Below are positions 1 to 13,676 of a stretch of 64,000 bases of DNA, piece by piece (the first letter of the stretch is position 1; each line of letters opens with the position of its first letter). Below the pieces are notes generated by a model that was not told the DNA's origin, ran no database searches, and worked only from the letters and a program-made list of their open reading frames with translations. A program made the translations under genes and the position numbers. Origin of the DNA: Octopus sinensis. Its lineage: Eukaryota. The DNA lies in the NCBI RefSeq assembly GCF_006345805.1, contig NC_042999.1, positions 40,672,001-40,736,000 on the forward strand. Direction: 5' to 3'.

Positions 1-329
1 TTGTTAATAATGCGGGTTGTGTTATTATTTAGTCTACATTTTTCATCCATTTTCGTAGATGTTTTTCCCCTCGCTATTCACGTTGTATTTATGGTGGCGT
101 TCCTATTAATGTTGGCGTTGGTGCCGGGGAATGATAGTTGTGGAGGTGATGTTGTTGGAGCGTGTGTTTGTAGAACTGTTGATTATCGATATTGTTGTTT
201 TGTTGTTTTGTTTGTTTGATTTTTACTTGTGTTCCCTTCGTGGTCGTTGCCAACATCGTCGCTATATTTGTTCTTGTTATTGTTAATGCTTGTCAATTTC
301 CATTACGCGTTTATTTGAAAGGAAACCAA

Positions 330-445
330 CCAACTAAATATACATACGTACATATACATTCATGCACGCTCGCTTACACCCACACACACATACAGATATA
401 TATATCTGTGTGTGTTTGCTTGTGTTTATGCATATATACAAATAT

Positions 446-486
<41 letters not shown>

Positions 487-529
487 CTCATACATGTACA
501 TATATAATGTACCTTTATATTTACGTTCT

Positions 530-566
<37 letters not shown>

Positions 567-602
567 GTATATATATATGTGTATATATATATATATATAC
601 AT

Positions 603-652
<50 letters not shown>

Positions 653-870
653 TATATACATATACATATACATATACATACATACATATATATATATGCA
701 TTACTCACAAACATTCTTGCCAACATAGATACATAATTTTACCTACCTATATATAAATACGTACATACATACATACGTATGTACGTACGTAGTACATATA
801 TACATACATACATTCACACATACATACATGTATACATACATGCATACATATGTGCGTACATAAATACGTA
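330..870. repeat. Compound (TA)n/(TACA)n microsatellite
   Basis: Directly visible; it produces the YI-rich ORFs in the track. Confidence 0.95.
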
Positions 871-1123
871 AGAGAACATTTTTTTTCACTCACTACTCAT
901 TATATAGCTGCTACTACTTTGTAACTTACTTATGTATCCATTTTTTTTTTTTCGCAATCCTTTTTGTAAAAAGCTCTATTGAATGTTTGTGATTTCTTAT
1001 AATTCTTCTAGTTCGTTTCTTTTTCTCTCATGATTGTGAACACAATCATTTATGTGCGTTTGCGCGTTGTTATGTTCGTATTTTCTTCATTGTCTAATTG
1101 TGTGTTGGTATGTATGTGTGTGT

Positions 1124-1165
<42 letters not shown>

Positions 1166-1544
1166 AATGGAGAAAGAAGTAGAGAAAAAGACAGTGTGAG
1201 AGAAGTAGTTTTGTGCGTGCATATGTGTGTGTCGGAGATGTATGAGCACGTCTTTTTCACGTGAGTAAGTTTGATTTTCTTTTTAGGCGTTTATTTTTTA
1301 TTTCCCTCCTTTTTCCGTCAACAAGATATTACTACATTACATTTTCTAAGCATCAACCCTAACATTTAGATGTAAACATACATATATAACTCATACAGAA
1401 AAATAAATGAAAAAAAAAAAACAAAGGAAAAATACGGAAGGACAGAAGATGATATCGAAGACGAAGAAGCAGAAAAAAAAAAAAAATAGATGACGATAAG
1501 AAAAGAGATAATTAAGATTGCTCTAATAGAGATTATCGTGATTA

Positions 1545-1678
1545 TAATGGTGATGATGACCATGATGATGATGAAGAGGAGCAGGAGGAGGAAGAGGAGG
1601 AGGACAACGACGACGACGACGACAACGATGACAAGACGGTGACAACAGTGAGGACGAAGTTAATGATGACAGCAATGG

Positions 1679-1733
<55 letters not shown>

Positions 1734-1880
1734 GGTGGTGGTGGTGGTGATCATCATCATCGTCATACTGATGATGAAGAGGAGGGGAGAAAGACGAGAA
1801 AGAAGAGACGGAGGAGGGGAGGAAGAAGAGAATGAAGACCATGTTCATGAGGATGACGTTCATGGTGACGACGGCGACGA
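1545..1880. repeat. Compound trinucleotide microsatellite (GAT/GAG/GAC/GGT)
   Basis: Directly visible. Confidence 0.9.
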
Positions 1881-2051
1881 AGATTTTAAAACGAAAAGGA
1901 AGTACAAATCTTTTTTGAGGCACATCAACAACAGTAACTTTATCGAGAGAAGCAGCATAATAGTTTTCAATATTATCATCATTATTGCATTTTGCCCGTC
2001 GCTATATTCTGAATTCAAATCCCGCCGTGAGATTATCACCATCATCAAATG

Positions 2052-2200
2052 TGGCGACCTGGCTGAATATTTACAACGGTGGGTAAAAAAGCTTAGCAGC
2101 ATTTCGTCCGTCTTCACGTTCTGAGTTCAAATTCCACCGGGGGTTGACTTTGCCTTTAACCCTTTCTGCGTCGATAAATTAAGTACCAGTTAAATACTTA
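2052..2200 (+). mobile_element. SINE family B (tRNA-derived), degenerate copy
   Basis: Matches the in-window consensus cgttctgagttcaaattcc...gactttgcc...gtcgataaattaagtaccag. Confidence 0.8.
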
Positions 2201-2559
2201 ATTCGATGTTTCCACACTGGTGACTGTGAGCTTTCTTTGGGGCGGTACATGTGGTTGTGAGAGCATTGGTGGATTTGGTTGGGGTTGTGGTAATTGTGAG
2301 AATGAAGGTGCTGGTGTTATTTTGCTGTGTTTGTGTTCATTGTCTCTTCAGGTATAGTTTCTTTTCTTTTCTTCTTTTTTCGTAATTTTTTTTTTTTTTT
2401 GCTTTTGTAAGTATCTTCCTCATCTTCACAACTGGATAAGGAGGGACTAGCATCCGTAGGATCTATCTCGGGGAGTGCGAGTGTGTCTGTGATAGTGTGA
2501 GCGCGTTGGTGTGAATGTGTGCTTGAGAAAGAGAGTGAGAGAGGGCTGATTTGACGGAT

Positions 2560-3215
2560 ACCCTGGGTGCTTTTCTCCGTTATATGTGGATTACATTCCT
2601 ACACTGTTGTTGGAGATGAGACTACCGTTTTATTAAAAGGTCTCTGTTGTTGCTGTTTTCTGGGGGTGGGTGCGATGTAGGCTGCAGGTGTGGCAGCATA
2701 TCTACCAACATTTAGGGACAGAAGGCTCTCAGGTGGCTTTTGGCCCCACAGATATCACATCTGTGCTTCTTGTCTTCCACTATGCATCTGGATCAGGTCC
2801 AGGGTCTTCTCGATGATTTCTGATTTCCCATGGATTAATATTTCCATCTTGATCACACGTCAGTTCTCCGTACTGCGCTTTTTCTCCTCCAGGAGTGACT
2901 CTGGATCTTGAACCAGACAAGCGACAATCTAAAAGGCGTTTACGTCCATTAGTACGCCATTTACTCTGATTCTAATTGTTCTCTTTGAGAGGTAGGTGGG
3001 ATACAGGACCCACTCCTCAGTCCAGGAGGTTCTCACATTTAAAAAGGACCTTAATGCTGACAAACTGCCTCGCTCTCTGTATATGGGCCAGATCTACTAA
3101 AATTTCTCTGAGGGCCATCCCAACATGACTGATGAACGCTAATTAAGGCCTCCAAGTATTGCCTGATAGGCATTTGAAGTAAATAGTCTTCCTCTCTTTT
3201 ACCTCTATCATTTCG
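2560..3215 (-). mobile_element. Decayed LINE ORF1 (gag-like, probably L1/Tx1) fragment
   Basis: The minus strand at ~2717-2790 reads RCIVEDKKHRCDICGAKSHLRAFCP, a CX2CX4HX4C zinc knuckle. Boundaries are uncertain. Confidence 0.55.
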
Positions 3216-3282
3216 GGAGTTACGAACACTGCGGCATTACTACCCTCAAATTTAATGATATCCTTTGCTTTGTGAGTTCACG

Positions 3283-4867
3283 TGTTTTATCATCGAGTGA
3301 ACTCTTGTCTGCAAATCTTCTTGTCTGTAAGTATGAGATCATGGAGAACCACACTGACTTTGAACAGTGACAAGGAATCTCTGAATGCTCGAGATGTAAG
3401 AATTTTATGCGGCATTTTCCAGGGTGGTTCTCTATCACCACTCCTCTTTTGTGTAGTCTTGATGCATCTCTCGAAATTGCTCGATGATGTACAATACTGC
3501 TATAAAAAGTTTGATAAAAATATAAATCATGGATGATATAAAGCTCTTTGCAAAAATTGACCAACAACTACAGGGATTACTAGCGACTGCTAAACAATTC
3601 AGTGATGATATCAGGGTGGAATTTGGCTACCTTTATCAAAGGAAAAACTGACAGAAACATCCAGCGTTAATCTAGACCAGCAGAATGTCGTAAAGGAGTT
3701 AGAACCAACGGAGAGCTCAAATACCTAGTGGTATTTGAAGGGTACAGAATAAAACATTCAGTGATGTGGGAGAGATCAAAAGAGAATGTTATTGCAGCGT
3801 AAGGGCAATACTCAAGATAGAGTTGAATGAAAAAAGCAGTATCGATGCGATCAATACTTTAGCCATCCCGGTCGGGACTTACACTTTCAATATCATTAAC
3901 TGATGAATTACTGAAATATGTAATCTTGACAGAAAAATACGAACATTGTTGACAATGCATAGAAAGCACTACTCTTAGGCAGATATAGAACGATTTTACC
4001 TGCCAAAAAAAGATGGTGGCATTGGACTTTTATAATTGGAAGTATCAATGAAGATTGCCACAAATGGCCTAGACAACTACTTGAAAAACTGATGACTGGA
4101 TGTTAAAACATGTCTCAAAGTATGAAAACAAGAATACGTCATACTCAGTAACAAACCAGGCCAAAGAATATCGAAGTGAATTTCAAATACAACAAATTGC
4201 AGAATTAGAAGTACTAGACACAAACATAGAAAAAAGTTAAGCGTACGAAAACCCGTGCTAAAATTGCAGCCTTAGATATCCATACTGATAAATGACAATA
4301 ACAACCTCTCAATGGCAAAATCCCAAAGAGAGCTAATAGTGCCAATGTTGACAAAGGCCTTATCCATCAATGGTGAGTGTCTTCTGGCTTGAAATCAGAA
4401 ACTGAAGGGTTTACCATAGCAGCCCAAGATCAATTCCTACCTATAAGGAACTACCAGGCCACCATATCACAGAACGGTAGTAGCCCAACATGACGTGTAT
4501 GTAAACAACAAAATGAAACCATTGCTCATATTGCATCCATGTGCAGTCTTCTTGCGCTTACAGAGTATCTCAACGGGCATGATAGAACAGCAGAATATAT
4601 TCAATGGGTAATTTTCAAACACCTGGAACGGCCCCATGATAAAAACTGGTGGGAACTTAAATAACTCCCAGTGCTTGAAAATGATCACATCTCACTCCTC
4701 TGGAACTTCACTATTCAAACTGAGAGAAAGATAGATGCAAATAGGCCAGATAATTATATTGAAAGACTTCAGGCAAAAGTCGTGCCTCCGTATTGATATA
4801 ACTGTTCCAATCTACATAAATGTATCTGTCAATACCTACCAAAAACTGAGCAAGTATAAAGATCTTA
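3283..4867 (+). mobile_element. R4/Dong-clade non-LTR retrotransposon pseudogene (RT, CCHC, restriction-like endonuclease)
   Basis: Ordered motifs across frameshifts: GIFQGGSLSPLLFC, MDDIKLFAK, RFYLPKKDGGIGL, LKSETEGFTIAAQDQ, VCKQQNETIAHIASMCS, IDANRPD, IDITVP, KLSKYKDL. Confidence 0.92.
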
Positions 4868-5337
4868 ATGCAAAATATGGGTTCAAGCAGATATTTTGCT
4901 CAATACAACCGAGTTGTTTGTCAGTGGTTTGACGTTAACCAGATGAGCACGTCCCTTGATGGCTGACGATACGTCCATCTCTGACCACGAGCAGAGGTTG
5001 TTGGAGAATATCATAACCATATTTTGGAGGAATGCTTTGGCGTTTGAATAATTTACCTCTGGAAACATGGATATTTCGTTCAACATCCTTAAATAACCCT
5101 TATTGAGAAACATTTTGAGTAGAATGGGTTACTCCACTTGAAGAAAATTCTAACTGGGGCCCACCTGCAAGATCATGCACTGTTTATCTTGATATGAAAT
5201 CACCATGTCACACACATGGTTGTGATGCATGTGCCTTGTGTGCACTTATCAGACAGGTAGTTATGATGGATATATTGGGTTTTGTATATTTGTACCCCAG
5301 TGTCCCATTGATGGCAATCACTGCTCTCTGATTTAAT

Positions 5338-5340
<3 letters not shown>
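4868..5340 (+). mobile_element. Non-coding TAA-associated interspersed element, 5'-truncated copy
   Basis: Homologous to the reverse complement of 41620-42371 and 42841-42910; its 3' end runs into (AAT)n. Confidence 0.8.
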
Positions 5341-5413
<73 letters not shown>

Positions 5414-5658
5414 CAGAAACAATTCCTATTATAGTAGGTGCATTAGACATGATAAAAATATATTCAGACAAATACATAACAAAAACACCAGGACTTACAA
5501 ACACATATAACATACAGAAAATTGCACTACTAGGCACTGCACACATCCTACGCAGAACACTTCCCATACAATAACCATCAGAGCATCACAACAAATCACA
5601 GCACATACCCAAGGCTGCGCTCGGTAGTGAAGTGAAAGCTCGTTATAAAAATAAAACT

Positions 5659-5723
<65 letters not shown>
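5341..5723. repeat. (AAT)n arrays at 5341-5410 and 5661-5723 flanking a Dong 3' fragment
   Basis: Directly visible. Confidence 0.95.
5411..5661 (+). mobile_element. 5'-truncated R4/Dong 3' end inserted in (TAA)n
   Basis: Encodes KTETIPIIVGAL...KYITKTPGLTNTYNIQKIALLGTAHILRRT, then a 3' UTR ending in (AAT)n. Confidence 0.88.
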
Positions 5724-5724
<1 letters not shown>

Positions 5725-5798
5725 TGGGGAGTATCATAGTGGGGGCACATCATAGCCATGTGTTGAAAGGAACCATTTGGGTTTGGATAATTCACTGG
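5725..5798 (+). mobile_element. Fragment of the TAA-associated non-coding element
   Basis: Its reverse complement matches 42110-42170 (gtgaattatccaaacc...ttcct..c.acacat.gctatg). Confidence 0.6.
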
Positions 5799-7409
5799 CG
5801 ACTCAACCTTCGTGTTTAATGTAGAAGCATTGACAACGAATCAATCTTTACCTCATTAATTCAGTAGTAGTGCCTTTCCTAAGCACCTCTACAAGGTCCC
5901 TAGCTAGCCTCCATCCAGATTAGAATTCTCTATCACTATTTCCGGCCAGAGCCTTATCAGTTTTAATCTAATAATCCTTTTAATGATCACACACCGCTGC
6001 TGTTGACGATTGCTCCTACCAACTCCCGCTCAATGAGTTCTCTAACCGAATCTTTAAAAGCTTGTACCCCAGGAAAAAGGCATTTATTTCAAGTAAGCAT
6101 GCTTACTGAGGCCTGTTGACTTTGCCGTAAGCTTTGCTGATATTTCATTTCTGCATCCTTTTCAATTCTTCTGTAAACATAACTATCTAGTATAATGTTC
6201 CTGAACCATTTTATGCCTGTGAGCTCCTTTGATTTCAAAGTCGTAATAAAATTCAGTTATATTTCTATAATAAAATATTATTAGTAATTGCATAAAAAGA
6301 TTGCTAAAATATTTGTGCATTGTAGAAGTATAACCGATTTATTGCTGGCAAATTATAACAGCAAAATCTTGTGGACTCACATGCGCTAAATGGACCCCCG
6401 TGATAAGTTACTGTTCTAGAGGGTTTTGTTCTAATATGTAGAACAACCTGGTTTTATGTGATACACTGCGTGTCTAACAACTATGATTCCTTCTGCACCA
6501 AGTCATGTATAACATCTAGATGACTTTGAGCTGTTCTGGAGTCATCGAGACCTGTTTGTTCATGCACAATTCATCCAACACGTTGTTCTTCTGTGTTATT
6601 TCTGCATGCATCAACTATCCATACTGTACTGCAAAAGATGAACCTAACAAAGGTCGATGTCGCACTAATGTAACTCCTTGTATTTCGTCCCTCAATATAG
6701 TTCAGCATTAGGGTTTTTATGTTGTACCTGTACCAGTTGATTTCTTACTTCGTTCTCAAACTTTAAGACTAGACTCGTACTTCTTCCACACGCATTATTT
6801 TGATCAATGTTCGTAAGTCACATAATTTTGCTGACAAGCTTTTCCGATGTTGACATTTTTCCGGATGATGACTCATGTTCATCGCTTTCCTCTGGCTTGC
6901 AATACTGGCAAATAATATAATGCCGTTCCTGAGTTCGTAATTGCAATTTATATTGTCTCCAAATGCCTTCGATTATTATAACGCCGTTTTTATTGTGTAT
7001 TTTTCGAAGTACAAACATTCGTTTTCATCACTCATTCAGCTCATTCAATATTCATGATTTTTTCTGTGTGCTTAATATTTAAAAATAAATTGTTTCCTTT
7101 CAAACCATTTCCGGGCAGTTGTGTATTTGCTACTACCACATTTCCGGTTAACATTTGCTTCAACCTCTCCGTGGGAAACCATTGTAAAACGAAATTTTTT
7201 AAAATGTATAAATTATCAAAAAATGTCAAAGACAAAAAATTAATTTATCTCAGCCTAAGTTAAGAGAGGCAGATTCTCAAAGGATGTGAAGACCTTTGTT
7301 GACAAAATGGAAGAAAAAAATTCTTTCCATCGGATTCAACGTTGCAAATGAAAACCTTCCAGAGAGCTCTGTTAACCACATCTTCTTAGCACAAACAATG
7401 AGTAGCAGA

Positions 7410-7443
7410 ATGATGATGATGATGATGATGATGATGGTGGTGG

Positions 7444-7476
<33 letters not shown>

Positions 7477-7582
7477 TAGTGGTGGTGGTGATGGTCGTGA
7501 TGGTGATGATGACGACGACAACGACGACGATGATGATGATTATGAACATTATGATGATGGTAATAAAAACGACAACAACAAC

Positions 7583-7625
<43 letters not shown>

Positions 7626-7831
7626 GTAATAATAATAATAGTAATAATAATAATAATAATAATAGTAATAATAATAATAATAATAACAATAATAATAACC
7701 ATAAGTTCAAAAACAAATATTATTATCTATTTTCATTATTGTTATCATTATTATTGTTTTGCTTCTCAGAACACCCTGTTTTGTCTATTCTGGTAGATTC
7801 TATGAGAGGGAACAGCAGCCTGCTATTATTA

Positions 7832-7910
<79 letters not shown>

Positions 7911-7948
7911 AATCATAATCATAATCATAATCATAATCATTATTATTA

Positions 7949-7980
<32 letters not shown>

Positions 7981-8020
7981 TTTTTCATTATATTATTATT
8001 ATTATTATTATTAATATTAT

Positions 8021-8083
<63 letters not shown>
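7410..8083. repeat. Compound GAT/GGT/AAT and ATT/ATC microsatellites
   Basis: Directly visible, with a short unique spacer at ~7700-7825. Confidence 0.93.
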
Positions 8084-8085
<2 letters not shown>

Positions 8086-8360
8086 GTTTGACTTTTTGCT
8101 TTATATTTGTCCAAGTTGGCTCCAAGTCTCACCCAGAGACCTCAAGAGACAACAGGCTGGAAGTTCACGTTGTTGTTATGCTTAGTGTGCCATATATTTG
8201 GGGGTTTTTTGGTGTTGTACTACTGTATGTCTAAAAAAAAGAAAGAAAAAACGAAAATTATGTTTGTTTTAAACTTTGAGATTACATAGAAAGTATTTTG
8301 CGTAGGATATGAGCAGTTCCCATGAGCACTATCTTTTGAATTTCTTTCATTTTTGGGTTA
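8084..8360 (-). mobile_element. 5'-truncated R4/Dong 3' end (second family)
   Basis: Minus strand 8360-8282 reads NPKMKEIQKIVLMGTAHILRKILSM*; the 3' UTR ends in (TAA)n. Confidence 0.88.
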
Positions 8361-8362
8361 TT

Positions 8363-8715
8363 ACTGTTATGTTTGGCTTTTGCCTTGTACTTGTACAAGT
8401 TGACTTCAAGTCTCACTCAGAGACCTCCACAGACGACAAGTTAAAAGTTCAAGTTGGTGTTATTACTAGGGTACCATACTTTTGGTTTTGTAAAGTAATG
8501 TTCTAGAGAATGTATGTGAAAGCATCAGAAAATTTGAAGTTTGTTTTAAAAGTAATTTGATTATGAGAGGATAGTGTGATGTTAAGATGACAGTAGAATG
8601 AGTTTGCTATTATGTACATTTAAAAGTAGTTTGACACTGTTTACAGATCAAAATATTTTGGAGAATAGATAAACAATATTTTACGTAGGATATGAGCAGT
8701 TCCCATGAATGCTCT
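8363..8715 (-). mobile_element. Second tandem R4/Dong 3' end, older copy
   Basis: Reads MGTAHILRKIL at 8677-8710; its 3' UTR is homologous to 8084-8190 (caagtctcac.cagagacctc). Confidence 0.75.
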
Positions 8716-8777
8716 CAACCTTCTACCAATTGGGCAATGGCGTCAGTGGATGTTCTGTTTTAGAAATGTATAGAGGG

Positions 8778-8821
8778 CTAGCAGAGATACCCGGCGTTGC
8801 TCGGGATTAAAATGCTATAGT

Positions 8822-8875
<54 letters not shown>

Positions 8876-9755
8876 GCTGAAACAAATGATACGGGAAAGT
8901 GCAGCATTGACGACAAGATATTTTGTAGGGTAAACGATTGTCTAATTCAACTAAGCGACATATAATACGTCTATTTGAAGGATTCCATGTCTTAATCTAT
9001 GATGGAAAATTGGGAGTTATATATATATATAATATAATATTGACATACTTTGACATAAATTTGGAGTTATATATAAAATATATGATATTGACATACTAAC
9101 AATTATAAATGTTCGAGTGTACCTGAAATAATCCCACTTTTGAAATTGTGGATCTAGATGTACATAAAGTTATAAATAATATCATATAATTATTGAATTG
9201 GAAGACCTTTCGAACAGAAAATGTCGATGAATAATATGTCTTACAGGAGATGGAGGTTCGTGTCCCAGAGGTAATCTTCCACTGTTTCTATCCCATATAG
9301 GTTTTCATCCCAATTTTTAAGTGCAATAATATATAACTTTATGTGCTTCGAGATTTACGTCGGGAAGTGTTAGCCAACTAGTTAGGTTACACGAGGCCGA
9401 ATCAAGCTGTTATAAATAATAGTATACGTAGCTTCCATCCTACAAAATGTGTTGAGTACCATCGCTAGCGCGAGGAGCGAGCCCCTGCTACCTTCCAACA
9501 GCTGACAGGATCGTGGGACTGGCCGGTTTCGAGCTATTTGGCTCGCGTAAGCCGCGCACCTGCACAAAGGAGTGTAGGCAAGATCCGCTTCTTCCAGCGA
9601 TATATTGTAACCAAAATGGTCATCGGTCACTGATTTGCAACAAGCAAAATAGCTAGTTACAAAATCTCAAGAAGAGATAGAGTAGTAAAAACGTGCGTAT
9701 TTAGTTCCACCTTAATACATCAAGAATTCAAATCGAATGTCTCCAATCAACGTGC
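8778..9755 (-). mobile_element. Non-autonomous Helitron-like element
   Basis: The 3' end on the minus strand is cccgagcaacgccggg...CTAG, the same hairpin as 20719-20746. The 5' end is not resolved. Confidence 0.65.
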
Positions 9756-9787
9756 CAAGTATATGTGTGTGTTTGTGTGTCTGCGTG

Positions 9788-9854
<67 letters not shown>

Positions 9855-9865
9855 TGTGTGTGTGT

Positions 9866-10191
9866 GAAGGCGCATGGCTCAGTGGTTAGAGTGTCGAGCT
9901 TACGATCGTGAGGTTGTGAGTTCGATTCCCGAACCGGGCTATGTTCTTGAGCAAGACACTTTATTTCACGTTGCTCCAGTTAACTTAGCTGTAGAAATGA
10001 GTTGCGATGTCACAAGTGCCAAGCTGTATCGGACTTTGTTTTTCTCTTGGATAACATCAGTGGTGAGGAGAGGGGAGGCCAGTATGCATGGGCGACTGCT
10101 AGCCTTCCACAAACAATCTTGCCCTGACTTGTGCCTCTGAGGTTAATTTTCTAGGTGCAATCCCATGGTCATTCATGTCCGAAGGGGCTCT

Positions 10192-10192
<1 letters not shown>
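9866..10192 (+). mobile_element. tRNA-derived SINE family C2
   Basis: Has an A box (tggctcagtgg) and B box (gagttcgattccc); homologous to 47381-47720. Confidence 0.9.
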
Positions 10193-10275
<83 letters not shown>

Positions 10276-10276
<1 letters not shown>

Positions 10277-10585
10277 TGGAAGGTTTGGAGATGATGAGCA
10301 GGTATTATATATTAGAAGAAATGAGGTACTCAGAAGATCGGATGGTTTATATTTACATATCTTTATTTATATATTACATTTTTTATATATATATCATATC
10401 ACTTAGATCATTAGCGCTTTCTCCCATTCTAGTGGGGTTTTCAAATCAAACTTAGTTTGAAAACCCCACTCGAATAGGAGAAAGCGCTAATGATCTAAGT
10501 GATATGATATAAGTATAAAAAATGTAATATACAAATGAATATCTGTAAATATAAACCATCCGATCTTCTGAGTACCTCATTTCTA

Positions 10586-10587
<2 letters not shown>
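10276..10587. mobile_element. Fold-back PLE-like fragment between (TA)n arrays
   Basis: Inverted arms of ~135 bp (10311-10450 / 10455-10587) with a ~35-nt one-sided extension; degenerate HHR-like motif TTGAAAA-cccca..GAAA-gcgc-TA. Confidence 0.65.
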
Positions 10588-10654
<67 letters not shown>

Positions 10655-10910
10655 TTATAAATTCTATATACTCCGATTTAAAGCGATATCTAACTAAACT
10701 ATTGACTGAAAAGTGACGAGCTAATAGGCTAGAATAGAACCCATATATCAACGCTAACATGACTCTTTGCGTATCCGATTGAGCCAATTTGCATACATAT
10801 ATACATATATGTGCCTATATATATATATATATATATATATGTGTGGTGTGTGTGTGTGTGTGTGTGTGTGTGTTGTGTGTGTGTGTGTGTGTGTTGTGTG
10901 TGTGTGTGTG

Positions 10911-10944
<34 letters not shown>

Positions 10945-10974
10945 TATATATATATGCTTCTATTAGTTTACACG

Positions 10975-11174
10975 TTTTACGTTTCAGCCTTAAGGCTGTG
11001 GCCATGCTGGAGAACCACCTTTAATCGAACAAATAGACCACAGAACTGATTCTTTGTAAGCCTAGTACATATTCTATCGGTCCTTTGTCGAATCAGTAAG
11101 TAACGAGGACGTAAACACACCAGCTTCGGTTGACAAGTGATGTTGCGAGGACAAACACACAGACACACACACAT

Positions 11175-11207
<33 letters not shown>

Positions 11208-11370
11208 CGACGGTCTTCTTTCAGTTTCCGTCTACCATATCCACTCACAAGGCTTCGGTCGGCCAGAGCTATAGTAGAAGACACTTGCCCAAGGTGCTAC
11301 GCAGTGGGACTGAACCCGGAACAATGTGGCTGGTAAACACGCTACTTACCACACAGCCACACCGGCGCCT
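10975..11370 (-). mobile_element. SINE family A (tRNA head, internal CA/TA microsatellite)
   Basis: Full-length match to copies such as 49523-49940. Confidence 0.93.
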
Positions 11371-11396
11371 ATACACACACACACACACACACACAC

Positions 11397-11449
<53 letters not shown>

Positions 11450-11495
11450 TATATAATATATATATATATATATTATATATATACCGGAGCAAAAA

Positions 11496-11533
11496 CTGTC
11501 TGATGAACGGCAACGAGAAACTCAGAGTAACAG
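11496..11533 (+). ncRNA. Minimal type-I hammerhead ribozyme motif in an 83-nt insert (11484-11566) within (TA)n
   Basis: ctgt-CTGATGA-a cg GCAA cg a-GAAA-ctcaga-GTA-acag. Stem I is ctgt/acag, the stem II closing pair is mismatched, and AATAAA lies at 11560. Confidence 0.75.
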
Positions 11534-11565
11534 ATTTTGTTGAATTTTCTGCTGCTTTAAATAAA

Positions 11566-11738
<173 letters not shown>

Positions 11739-13394
11739 GACAGTTGCAAGACAGTTTTTACATTGATATTATTCCCATAGAAGAAAATAATTAAGAAGAC
11801 GGCAGGCATTAGGCTCAATAAAGAGTTTTGGGAAATACGGCCATAGAGCTTGAAAAGCATAGTATGACAGTCTTGAATGCTGAGCTTTCTCACCTAAGTG
11901 ATGAATGTTAAGAATTTATAAATATGATGAAGTGTCCAATTTATTGAGAATACCTGAATACATGCTATTGTAAAGTGACATAAGAAATCAATACTTATGT
12001 TTACACACTCATTTTCCAATAGGTTTTCACATTACATTAGGTTCTTTATGGGTGTTTTAAGTGTGATTCATTGTTCTTTGTTGAATTTTGGAACTTGCAG
12101 CAAATAATTAAACGAATGTTTTTCAATACAGCTGTATTGTTGCTACTGATTTTTATTGTAATCATTTAGCAATAACAACGCATAGGATAAAGCTCATTGT
12201 CTCTTAAATCCACTGATTATTTTTTATTTTCCTCTTGCTATAAGTAGTTGCACCAGCATTAACAGTAGCAGCAGCAATGACGTAGGCAGAGGTGGTTATG
12301 TTTGTTTTGGGTGGTGGTGGTGGCGAGTTGATACCACTGGCATAAAGAAAGACTAGATTCAGCATTGAATTTTTAGGTCATAACACGAAGCAACTTCCCT
12401 GGTCTCAGAACATGGTCATACAGGTTTCCATGATACTGCAAGAGCATAAAATAATAGCAAACCTGTGTATTGTAGATTGCGCTGAGTGGAAGACCTTAGA
12501 GCACAGCATCCGATGTTTATAAACTAGCTTTTATTAATGCTTTAGTAAAGAACGTAAGAACGAATCAGAACGTTACGCTCAGGTAATGACTTTATTCATG
12601 AACGGAAGAGATAGTAATAATTCCAAGATGGAATACAAAAGGATAAACTGCAATTTCAATTGTGCACACTGTAAAAGATTAAGTCTGTACGGAACTCAAG
12701 CGCCGTGCGGTGGAAAAAAAGAATAAGACTGTGCGGAAATCAAGCGCTGTGCGGTAGAAAAAAAAATCCATAAAATGAGTTAATGTATAAAAATCTCACC
12801 TGATACAGCCAATAAATTCTTACGCGATTGGATGTATAGATGTAAGCTAAAAGAATAAACTACATAGTCGTAAGAAAGGGTCCCATGACAGAATCGTGTC
12901 ACCTGATTGGATGAATAAAAATAGATAATCAATAAACAATGTGTCTTGTCGAGATAAATGGGGTTGTCTCATACTTCAGAAACAAAAGTCCAATAAAAGT
13001 CTTAGGGAAATATCTAAATGAAATACGGATCGTGAAAAGAAAATACGAATATATGTTAAACTGCTTAAAGCGTACAGAATGCCAGTATGAATTTTGGATT
13101 GAGTTTTTAAAGCGTTATGTTTCAACGATCCAGAACACACAGACTATTCTGTACTCGCTATGACACGCGGTTCTTCACAGAAGAATATGGAAGTTTCGAC
13201 TATGAGCTGTATATACATTTTGTAACTGTTTCATCTGTGTCTTCCTCTTTCTATGAATTCTCTGTCCAAACCTACTCATTTTTATAAATCCCCTGTTTAA
13301 CGTTTGTTTTTGTATCTTCCTCTTTGTACATCGACCTCTACTGGTTAATTAAGAAAAGACTATAGTTGCTTGTCAGAAGCAATAGCACACAGCT

Positions 13395-13616
13395 CAAAAT
13401 ACTTAGCGATATTTCGTCCGTCTTGACGTCCTGAGTTCAAATTCCGTCGGGGCCTGACTTTGCCGTTCATCCGACCGAGGCCGATGAAATGAGTACCAGT
13501 TAAGCATTGGAGTCGATGCAATCAACTTATTCCTCCAAAGTTACTGGCCTTGTGTCAAAATCTGAAACCATTATTATTATTATTACTACTACTATTATTA
13601 TTATTATTATTATAAA

Positions 13617-13676
<60 letters not shown>

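Noticed and set aside
3283-5661. Treating 3283-4867 and 5411-5661 as one interrupted Dong copy
   Set aside because: They are nearly collinear, but about 10 codons are missing, there is no TSD, and the 3' piece has its own TAA flanks. They may belong to different families.
5800-7260. Possible decayed DNA transposon or gene remnant
   Set aside because: I could not verify TIRs, a TSD or protein motifs.
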